From assembly GCA_029976025.1 (NCBI GenBank), contig JARKNX010000109.1:3085-67084 (forward strand): DNA of 64,000 nucleotides, read 5' to 3'. The stretch is from Aggregatilineales bacterium (GTDB lineage: Bacteria > Chloroflexota > Anaerolineae > Aggregatilineales > Ch27). Within the stretch, counting starts at the first letter, position 1. Each line of letters begins with the position of its first letter. A program made the position numbers and the translations under genes. Positions 57,107-64,000 of this stretch are shown in pieces. The notes below the pieces were generated by a model. The model ran no database searches. It was not told where the DNA came from and saw nothing but the letters and a program-made list of their open reading frames with translations.

Positions 57107-57457
57107 CTACCGGGGGACCAGCACCACCACAGCCAGCACCACCAGCACCACCAGCATGATCGCGATCAGGGCCCCCAGCACGATCGCCAGCCGGCGGCTG
57201 GACTTCTTCTGCTGTCCGGGCTTCTTCCCGCCGCCCAGCTTGCGCAGAGCGGCGTTCGCCTTTTCGTGGGCGGGGTCGAGCGCGACCGCCCTTTGCAGGT
57301 GGCGGATAGCATATTCGCGGGTGGGGGCGGCCAGCGCGAACAGGTAGTAGGCGTCGGCGCTGCGAGGGTTGATATCGAGATAGTCGCGCAGCACGGCGTT
57401 GGCTTCATCTTTGCGGCCGGCTTTGATCAGGCTGGCGGCGCGGCGCAGATCGTCGTT
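57107..57457 (-). CDS. Small membrane protein: TPR-like module plus a C-terminal TM helix
   Basis: LIKAGRKDEANAVLRDYLDINPRSADAYYLFA...LDPAHEKANAALRKL, then LAIVLGALIAIMLVVLVVLAVVVLV. Start at ATG 57455-57457. Confidence 0.6.
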   Translation of the reverse strand, partial: NDDLRRAASLIKAGRKDEANAVLRDYLDINPRSADAYYLFALAAPTREYAIRHLQRAVALDPAHEKANAALRKLGGGKKPGQQKKSSRRLAIVLGALIAIMLVVLVVLAVVVLVPR

Positions 57458-57692
57458 CATCAGGGCGCTCCTTTGCGATAAGTCCGCTTCTACTATAGAG
57501 CACTTTGACGTCCAGGCATACTGCGCACCGGTGGGCGGCACGTCCTGGATTCGGGGTATTTCCGGGGAGAAAAGGCTTTGAACTGTGGAGACGAAGGGCA
57601 CGGCGGCTTTTCGCCATTTGACTCCGGAGCGCTGACCGTCATAGACTGAAAACAGTATACACGCAGGCTGATGAGGAAGTGAGGCATCGCTC

Positions 57693-58955
57693 ATGAATCG
57701 GACTGACTCTAACCGGGCCGAAACGCGCATTCTGGCTATCTCAGCGGTCCTTCTGTTCGGGCTGCTCCTGCTGCTGGAGCCGGCCGGCGGCCGCTTCACG
57801 CTGACGTTAGCCATCATCGGGGTGGTCATCTACGCCGTCGCCACCTACCACGCGCTGTGGGCGCTGGCCCACGATCTGCCGCGCGTCTTTGGCGGCCCGC
57901 CGGCTGCGCCGCCCCCGGCCGGGGACGCGCCTCCGGCGGAGCGGAAATCGCGCCTGGCGTTCTTGCAATCGCGCGTCGCCGTGCTGGTGTACGCGCTACT
58001 CGTCACCCTGATCGCGATTGCGGCGGTGCTGCGGGGCGAGCTGACCGCGCCCGCCCTGGAACAAAGCTGGCCCATGGTAGCCCTCAACCTGGTGCAGGTC
58101 AGCCTGGCGCTGGTACTGCTGGCGCTGGTACTCCAGGCGTGGCTCTCCGCGCAGCGGCAGGCTGCGCCCGCCCCCGCGCCCGGCCCGGCAGGGGAGGAAG
58201 CGCCGCCGCCGCCCGACGACGTGCTCTCCCAGATGTGGGCGTGGATCACAATGTTCTTCGGCGGGCTGCTCCGGATAGTCGAAGCGTTTGTCATGATTCT
58301 GGTCAAGACGGTGACAGTCCTCCTGCCTTCAGTGGCGCGCTTCGGTAACGCCGATCGGAAGTATCTCGACAGCCAGAAGGACAACCTGATCAAGACGGCG
58401 CAAGAGCTTAAGCTGAGCGAGCAGCAGCAGACGATTATCAAAGATCGCTGGATCGAGCAGACTATCTGGGCCGGCGGCCGGGCCAATACCGAGCGCGACG
58501 CCAACGAAATTTTCCGCTGGTGGCAGATCGTCCTCGGCGCGTCGATCCCGGTTTTCTCCCTGCTGGGGGAGCCGGGCAACAATGTCGGTCGGGTTCTGGC
58601 CAGCATCGCCGGCGCGTTCGTGGCGATCATCACCTCGGTGCAGCAGTTCCGCCGCCCGGAGGAGCGCTGGCGCCATTACCGGATACTGGCGGAAAACTAC
58701 CTGAGCGAGTTCTGGTCCTATGTCAGCCTGACCGGGCAGGACTATCAGGATGCCCGCAAAGAGGCTGAGGACGCCCTCGAAAAGGCCCGGAGTGCCGGGG
58801 ATACAGAGATGAACCTGCACCGCCTGATGTTCGACCTCTTTGATCGCAATATGACCCGGCTTCAGAAGGAAGAGCTTTCCACTTTCTTCAACCAGACAAT
58901 GCCGGCGCAGCAGGTTCAGCAGGTCCAACAGCCCACCCCGCCGCCAGCGGCGTAG
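57693..58955 (+). CDS. Multi-TM protein with a C-terminal DUF4231/SLATT-like 2-TM domain
   Basis: About 5 N-terminal hydrophobic helices. The C-terminal part (RWWQIVLGASIPVFSLL....ASIAGAFVAIITSVQQFRRPEERWRHYRILAENYLSEFWSYVSLTGQDY) fits the DUF4231/SLATT pattern (2 TM, then F..E.W..YR..AE.L..E...Y...G.Y). Confidence 0.55.
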   Translation: MNRTDSNRAETRILAISAVLLFGLLLLLEPAGGRFTLTLAIIGVVIYAVATYHALWALAHDLPRVFGGPPAAPPPAGDAPPAERKSRLAFLQSRVAVLVYALLVTLIAIAAVLRGELTAPALEQSWPMVALNLVQVSLALVLLALVLQAWLSAQRQAAPAPAPGPAGEEAPPPPDDVLSQMWAWITMFFGGLLRIVEAFVMILVKTVTVLLPSVARFGNADRKYLDSQKDNLIKTAQELKLSEQQQTIIKDRWIEQTIWAGGRANTERDANEIFRWWQIVLGASIPVFSLLGEPGNNVGRVLASIAGAFVAIITSVQQFRRPEERWRHYRILAENYLSEFWSYVSLTGQDYQDARKEAEDALEKARSAGDTEMNLHRLMFDLFDRNMTRLQKEELSTFFNQTMPAQQVQQVQQPTPPPAA

Positions 58956-59043
58956 CGCGCAGTCGCAGTTGCGCATTTTTGCGTTTGGCCCCATGATATA
59001 GGGGTGTGTCCGTGAGGTTTGGGAGACTAGAGGAGAGTACACT

Positions 59044-59154
59044 ATGCCTGACAAGAAGAGCCCCGCCAAGAAGGAAAAGGCCCCGGACAAGAAGGCTCCG
59101 GCCGGCGGCAAGAAGGCCCCTGCCGCTGATAAGAAGCCAGCTAAGAAGAAGTAA
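59044..59154 (+). CDS. Candidate 36-aa lysine/alanine/proline-rich basic microprotein
   Basis: MPDKKSPAKKEKAPDKKAPAGGKKAPAADKKPAKKK. GAGGAGAG lies about 8 nt upstream of the ATG, a strong terminator follows directly, and codons are GC3-rich like the host. Too short for the ORF track. Confidence 0.45.
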   Translation: MPDKKSPAKKEKAPDKKAPAGGKKAPAADKKPAKKK

Positions 59155-59161
59155 TCACACT

Positions 59162-59193
59162 GGCGGCGGACAGATGTCCGCCGCCACGTTTTT
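59162..59193 (+). terminator. Rho-independent (probably bidirectional) terminator between the micro-ORF and the portal gene
   Basis: GGCGGCGGAC-agat-GTCCGCCGCC, a perfect 10-bp stem, followed by ACGTTTTT. It lies 7 nt beyond the portal stop codon on the other strand. Confidence 0.8.
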
Positions 59194-59199
59194 GGGCGG

Positions 59200-60660
59200 T
59201 TAAGCGCCCGCATCCACCCCCCGGAACACCGCCCGCACTTCCTCCGCCGTGCCGGCCAGCCGCAGCCGGGCGGCGATCTCCACCGCCAGATCATCCGGCA
59301 CCGCGTCCACCACGAACGGGCGCTCCCCGGCCTGCCCCAGCCGCCGCAGGGCATAACGCTCCCACTGCTTCAGCTCGCGCCGGACGGCGTCAGCCTGCCC
59401 GGCCTTGATTGCCGGCCCGACTTCGCCGCTCCCGGCGTCGGCGGCCTCGTTGTCTTCGATGGAGATAGCCAGCGCCCCCGGCGCGGTATCCCGCGCCCCG
59501 GAGCCGCTGACCGGCGCGTCTCCCCAGGCGACCGGCGGCAGGTCATAAAAACGGGCGCGAATCTCGTTGATGCTCAGGACCGGGTAGGCCGTGCGGACTT
59601 CGGCCAGCCGGGTGCTGATGTCGGTCGGGCGGATGTCCTCGAAGCTCGCTTCCAGGTCTGGCCCCCAGAAGGGCAGCAGCCCCGCCGTGATCTTGCCGGC
59701 CAGCCGGACCAGCTTGGGCCACAGCGTGCGCTCGATGAAGACACGCTCGGCGATGTGAGCGTTGGCCTCGGTGGCGTTTTCGCTCCACAGGCCGGGCGGG
59801 ATGCCGAAGATGTGGAAGACCTCCTCGCGGTTGAAGCGCCGCCCGTTGAGGAAGTCCACGTCCTGCTGGCTGAGGCCGATGCCCTGCCACTGGACCGCGC
59901 CGCCGCGCAGGAACGCCGTCCGCCGCTCGCCGCCACTGTAGGACTCCCGCCAGTCGCGCTTGATGCGCTCAAAGTCGGCGTCGCTGACAAAGTCGGTGAT
60001 CGCCACGATCCCGGCGGGCACAGCCCGGTTCGCGCCGAAGGTGTCGCGGTTCCAGCGGGCCATGGCCTCGTCGCTTTGCACGGCCAGCCGGGCCGCTTCC
60101 AGCGCGCTCAGGCCGTAGTAGTCGCTGCGCGGGTGCCAGCGGCGGAAGTGGATCACCTCGGCGGCGTCCAGCGAGATGTCGCGCCCGTCGATCGTGTAAA
60201 CGTAGCCGCGCACATGCTCCCGCGCATCGGGCGCGACGGCCACCCGGTCCGGGCGCAGCGGCCAGATCTGGGCCGGCAGGCCGGCGGCATCCCCGGCCAG
60301 GAACCAGTAAGCGTTGCCGGTCAGCTCCAGCATCCCGACCGTCTGCTCGATCAGCTCGAAGCCGCTGAGGGTGGGGTTCGGCGCGGCCAGCAGGCGCTCG
60401 GCGGGGTGCGCCTCCAGCGGCAGGCGGCGCTCCCCCTCGCGGCGGGTGACGTGCACGGGGACGAGGGCGGCGGCCTCGGCGATGCGGTTGACGGCCACAT
60501 ACACCCAGGAGCTGCTCTCATAAACGGCGGCCTGACGCTCGTAGGTGGACAGGGCCGGCCAGGCGAAGGCGTTGTGCTCGGCCATCGCCGCCAGATGGGG
60601 GATGCTCTGCCCCAGGCCGCGGCGGCGGGCAGCGAACAGACGGTCGAACCATCCAGGCAT
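59200..60660 (-). CDS. Phage portal protein (HK97 family-like)
   Basis: 487 aa. Typical portal N-terminal/central pattern (SSWVYVAVNRIAEAAA, NAYWFL, ...GIPPGL...). Adjacent to the large terminase gene. Confidence 0.75.
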   Translation of the reverse strand: MPGWFDRLFAARRRGLGQSIPHLAAMAEHNAFAWPALSTYERQAAVYESSSWVYVAVNRIAEAAALVPVHVTRREGERRLPLEAHPAERLLAAPNPTLSGFELIEQTVGMLELTGNAYWFLAGDAAGLPAQIWPLRPDRVAVAPDAREHVRGYVYTIDGRDISLDAAEVIHFRRWHPRSDYYGLSALEAARLAVQSDEAMARWNRDTFGANRAVPAGIVAITDFVSDADFERIKRDWRESYSGGERRTAFLRGGAVQWQGIGLSQQDVDFLNGRRFNREEVFHIFGIPPGLWSENATEANAHIAERVFIERTLWPKLVRLAGKITAGLLPFWGPDLEASFEDIRPTDISTRLAEVRTAYPVLSINEIRARFYDLPPVAWGDAPVSGSGARDTAPGALAISIEDNEAADAGSGEVGPAIKAGQADAVRRELKQWERYALRRLGQAGERPFVVDAVPDDLAVEIAARLRLAGTAEEVRAVFRGVDAGA

Positions 60661-60779
60661 CGGATTCTCCTTTTGTAGGACCTCACCCCCTGACCCCTTC
60701 TCCGGCAATGACCTCACCCCCTGACCCCCTCTCCGTTGACGGAGAAGGGGGAGCCGGGCGCAACGAGGAAGGGATGAGG

Positions 60780-61955
60780 TCAGGCGAAGCTCACCGGGCT
60801 GCCCATGCGCTGTACGCCCAGCCAGCCCAGCGCCGTCGCAATCACGGTGTCGTCGTGGCCGCCGGAGGGCGCGCCGTAGCGGTACAGGCCGGAAGGCAGC
60901 CGCTCCAGGGTGTAGGCGGCCAGCTCCCCGCGCAGGACAGGGTCATCCAGCAGAGTGACCTCGCCGCGCTCGACAGCCAGCGCCAGCGCCTCAATCAGCG
61001 GCCCCTTGCTCCGGGCGGTGGTGTTGAAGGGGCGCACGGGCAGGCCGCTCTGCTGCAGGGCTTCGATGTTGACGCTGCCGATGCTGTTGGCCTCCGCCCA
61101 GACGATATCGGGCCTCCACCGCTCAACCAGCGCCCGCAGCCGGTCGCGCTGCTGCGCCCAGCCCACCTGGCGGAAGCGATCCAGGGCGACCATCCGCCGC
61201 CGCCCGGCCTCGAACACGGCGAAGACGGTGTAATCGTCCACGCGGCCCCAGTCGATGCCGACGGTGTAGCGCGCGCCGGGGCGGGGGCCTGCTTCCGCCG
61301 CCGCCGTGCAGGCGGCCTCGAGGTCGCGGAAGACCTGCCCGGCATCCTCGATGAAGGCCGCCTCGTACTCCTGCCGGAACCAGCGATCGGGCATCTCCAG
61401 GCGGGCGGCGTCCACCTCCTCCGGCGCGATCAGGGGGTTGCCCAGCGTGGGATGGCTGAAGCTCTGCCAGTCCGGCTGGAGCGGGTCCAGGCCGAGCCGG
61501 TACAGGCGGTGGAACCAGTTCAGGCCGTTGGGGGTGGAAAGGAACAGGGCGCGCCCCCGCCGGTCGGAGAGGGCGGGGCGGATGGCCCCGGTCCACACTT
61601 CCTCCGGCATGAAGGCGGCCTCGTCCAGCACGGCCAGGTCCAGGCCCGCGCCGCGCAGGGCGTCCGGCTCGTGGCCGCTGCGGACCTGAATCTGGCCGCC
61701 GCCGGGCAGGACCACCCGCCGCCGCGTTTCGTCTTTTTCCACCCAGAGTCCGGCCAGGCTGCCCTTCAGGCTCCGCCAGACATCGTCGGCCATGCCGTAG
61801 GTCGGCGCGATCCACCAGCCGGAGCCGCCCAGGCGGGCCGTATCAAGCAGCGCCACCTTGCCCAGCTCCGTCTTGCCCCACCGCCGGCCGCAGGCCACGA
61901 CGCGGAAGCGCGCCGGGTGGGCCATCACCGCCGCCTGCCCAGGGTGGAGCATCAT
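60780..61955 (-). CDS. Phage terminase large subunit
   Basis: Walker A-like ACGRRWGKTE, Walker B-like LAVLDEAAF, and a C-terminal nuclease-like region with DD/D residues (GIDWGRVDDYTV, GGHDD). Start is approximate. Confidence 0.75.
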   Translation of the reverse strand: MMLHPGQAAVMAHPARFRVVACGRRWGKTELGKVALLDTARLGGSGWWIAPTYGMADDVWRSLKGSLAGLWVEKDETRRRVVLPGGGQIQVRSGHEPDALRGAGLDLAVLDEAAFMPEEVWTGAIRPALSDRRGRALFLSTPNGLNWFHRLYRLGLDPLQPDWQSFSHPTLGNPLIAPEEVDAARLEMPDRWFRQEYEAAFIEDAGQVFRDLEAACTAAAEAGPRPGARYTVGIDWGRVDDYTVFAVFEAGRRRMVALDRFRQVGWAQQRDRLRALVERWRPDIVWAEANSIGSVNIEALQQSGLPVRPFNTTARSKGPLIEALALAVERGEVTLLDDPVLRGELAAYTLERLPSGLYRYGAPSGGHDDTVIATALGWLGVQRMGSPVSFA

Positions 61956-62201
61956 GGACCGCACCGTTATAGACGAACTCCCAGCGGATGACGCGGTCGG
62001 AGGCCGGATCGGGGTTCGCCTGGCGTTGGAAGGACTCATCCGCTTCGAGCATCCTGATCACTTCGACGGCGGTCTTGAGCGCCGCGGCGGCCTGGTGCAG
62101 CGGGGCCTCCGCGATCTTGTCGGGCAGCGCTTCGGCCAGAGCCAGCGCGCTCTGGCGCAGGGCGGCGGCGATGGCCGCGTCGGACGGGGCCGGTTTGCGC
62201 A
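61843..62201 (-). CDS. Small helical hypothetical protein upstream of the terminase (possible small terminase/accessory); its 3' end overlaps the terminase gene in another frame
   Basis: ATG 62199-62201 is preceded by GGAGG. The N-terminal ~80 aa are Ala/Leu-rich and helical. The last ~37 codons overlap the predicted terminase start. Confidence 0.3.
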
Positions 62202-62435
62202 TAGGGCCTCCACACAGGCAGATACAGGGTCCGGGGGGCCGCGCCGGGGGGGGCGGGCAGGCCGCTCGCCTTCCGGCTGGTGACGGAGACGCCGGTGAAG
62301 CCCGCGCCGGGCTGCGTCCCGTGCGGCGCGCCCTGGCCGGCGCGGCCCCGCTGACTGTCCTCAATTTAGCACGTATGTTCTAGAAGTGAGAGTAAATAGT
62401 TGGCCGATTCGGCATCGCCCCGGGGCGGGGGGTGT

Positions 62436-64000
62436 TCAGCTTTCAGGCTCATCCAGCAGCGCGAGCAGCTCCGCCCGCTCGCGCAGCGCCGGTTGCTCGT
62501 CCAGCAGTTGCTGCATTTCGCGGCGCCGCCTGGCGCGGTACTCCGGTGTTGCGTCAGCCAGAGCTGCCTGAAGCTGCGAGCGCGCGGCCTCCATATCGCC
62601 GCGCAGCCATGCGGCCAGCGCCCGCTCGTAATTCACTTCGAACGCAGTGTCGCGCTGGATGGCTTCATCCAGCATTGCGTCCGCGAGCGCGCCGTCGCCG
62701 CGAACGATGGCAATCTGAGCGCGGCGCAGCCACAGGTAGGCGCTGTCTTCGTGGCCATCAAGCGCAGCAGCGCGGGCCAGGTCGGCCTCGGCGGCGTCGA
62801 GGTGGCGCGCCAGGATACAGGCTTCGGCGCGGTTGCGCAGCAGCGGCGGGGTATCCGGCAGCAGGTCCAGCGCCTGTGTGTATGCCCCGACAGCCTCATC
62901 CAGGCGTCCCAGGGCTTCCAGTACACCCCCCAGGCTGGAGAGCGCCCAGGCCAGGTCATCCCGGGCCTGATCATCGCGGCGATAAATCGCCATTACTTTT
63001 TCCAGCACCTGCAGTGCGTCACTGTACTGTCCGAGACTGTACAGAGCATTGGCGAGACCTGTCAGGCATTGAGCCGCCCGATCGGAGAAGCCTTGCTCCT
63101 CGTAAGTGTCAGCAGCTTCCTGGTAGGCGGCGATGGCCCGGCGGAGGTTGGGGCCGCGCTCCTCGATAGCGGCGTAGTCGCTGCAGGCAAGCCCCAGATT
63201 GTTCTGGGTGGCAGCGTAGTCCAGCGGGGCGGTCTCCGGGCGGTAGTAGCGCAGCGCCTCTTCGTAGGCTTCGATGGCCCGGCGGAGGTTGGGGCCGCGC
63301 TCCTCGATAGCGGCGTAGGTCCAGTAGGAGACCCCCAGCGACAGTTGAACAGCGCCCCTGAGCGCTTCATCGGCCTGCTCAGGCGGCGCCCCGCGGAGCT
63401 TCCCTTCAACCGCCAGCATCCAGTCCATCCGCTGTTTGAAGCGCCCGCGGTTGGCCAGGAAAGCGCTGCATGCGACGGCCAGCCGGTGCGCGTCGTCCAC
63501 CCCCCCGGAGGACAAAGCCCAGGCAAAGGCCGCCTCGAAGTTTTCCGTCTCGACATCCATCTGCGCATATTTCGTGGCGTCGGCCAACTGATCAAGCTCG
63601 CCGGCCAGCGCGGTGTAGTACAGATAATGGCGGCGGCGGGCCTGCTCGTCCACGTCAAGGGCCGCCAGCACCATAGCTTCGATGTCATAACGGGCGGCGG
63701 TGCCGCCCCGCACATGCAGCCGCACGAACTGCCACGCCTGCAGGGTGTCAAGCACCTGCTCCAGCCTGTCCTCGTCTGCCTCGAGCAGGTGCCCGGCCGC
63801 TTCGAAGGTGAAGCCGCCGCGGCAGGCGGCCAGGGCGCTCAGCGCGGCGGCGTACTCCGGCCCTTCCTCCGCGGTCATTTGCTCGAGAGTCTTGCCGATC
63901 ATTTCAGTGAGCGCCTCCTGCGCCCCGGGGCTTTTGAGCGCGGCCAGGTCGGAGATAACGCGCGCCGGCTCGGTCCGGGTCATGCGGCGCACGGCCCATT
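62436..64000 (-). CDS. TPR-repeat protein, probably the C-terminal sensor part of a STAND (NB-ARC-like) NTPase; N-terminus lies outside the window
   Basis: At least 10 TPR-like repeats (WA.TQNNLG.A / NLRRAI.AYEEAL). The N-proximal segment (LSALAACRGGFTFEAAGHLL...LDTLQAWQFV) looks like the winged-helix part that follows NB-ARC domains. The frame is still open near the window edge. Confidence 0.6.
   Translation of the reverse strand, partial: WAVRRMTRTEPARVISDLAALKSPGAQEALTEMIGKTLEQMTAEEGPEYAAALSALAACRGGFTFEAAGHLLEADEDRLEQVLDTLQAWQFVRLHVRGGTAARYDIEAMVLAALDVDEQARRRHYLYYTALAGELDQLADATKYAQMDVETENFEAAFAWALSSGGVDDAHRLAVACSAFLANRGRFKQRMDWMLAVEGKLRGAPPEQADEALRGAVQLSLGVSYWTYAAIEERGPNLRRAIEAYEEALRYYRPETAPLDYAATQNNLGLACSDYAAIEERGPNLRRAIAAYQEAADTYEEQGFSDRAAQCLTGLANALYSLGQYSDALQVLEKVMAIYRRDDQARDDLAWALSSLGGVLEALGRLDEAVGAYTQALDLLPDTPPLLRNRAEACILARHLDAAEADLARAAALDGHEDSAYLWLRRAQIAIVRGDGALADAMLDEAIQRDTAFEVNYERALAAWLRGDMEAARSQLQAALADATPEYRARRRREMQQLLDEQPALRERAELLALLDEPES
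63131..63318. repeat. Perfect 47-bp direct repeat (63131-63177 and 63272-63318), 141 nt apart, inside the TPR gene
   Basis: Both copies read cgatggcccggcggaggttggggccgcgctcctcgatagcggcgtag and encode AAIEERGPNLRRAI in consecutive TPR units. Confidence 0.9.

Noticed and set aside
1-64000. Scan for CRISPR arrays, tRNA/rRNA genes, transposases, integrases and reverse transcriptases
   Set aside because: I saw no regularly spaced direct repeats, no T-loop GGTTCGAATCC-type tRNA signatures, and no DDE, tyrosine/serine recombinase or RT motifs among the ORFs. The scan was by eye only, so small or degenerate elements could have been missed.

Overview
GC-rich bacterial chromosomal segment (about two-thirds G+C by eye, not computed). 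The many secreted WD40, PD40, TPR, zinc-ribbon and PPC/NBR1-like proteins resemble filamentous Chloroflexota, but the taxon cannot be proven from the sequence alone. I support about 58 protein genes. Housekeeping and transport genes: an Opp/Dpp-type peptide ABC operon (1-4276), holA, bacterioferritin, recO, cydDC, an FGGY sugar kinase, a sugar ABC operon with a divergent LacI regulator (42331-47757), dhaKL, and an ECF transporter T/A pair. Accessory content: (i) phage head-assembly genes in two loci about 43 kb apart and in opposite orientation. One locus carries a prohead protease-major capsid fusion, a connector and a tail-like gene at 13815-18768 (+). The other carries portal and large terminase at 59200-61955 (-). 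No integrase, tape measure, tail tube or lysis genes are visible. (ii) A lower-GC BglII-like type II restriction-modification island (31888-33500). (iii) A redoxin gene whose catalytic Cys codon is an in-frame TGA followed by a SECIS-like hairpin, making it a candidate selenoprotein (29444-29920). (iv) An FkbH-like/ACP/MaoC-SDR/HAD cassette (19990-24011). (v) A DUF4231/SLATT-like membrane protein, a Lys-rich micro-ORF and a TPR (probable STAND) gene flanking the terminase/portal locus. (vi) A recurring TPR-like N-terminal module in at least four membrane proteins. (vii) A family of purine-rich/pyrimidine-rich intergenic repeat elements. (viii) A 600-bp gene-free convergent gap with a promoter-like AT island and two strong hairpins, a candidate ncRNA. 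I saw no rRNA, tRNA, CRISPR array, transposase or integrase. All domain calls come from motif recognition by eye, with no database search. Start codons are approximate where noted; the ORF track uses TTG/GTG starts shown as M. The many long antisense ORFs are treated as GC-driven artefacts.
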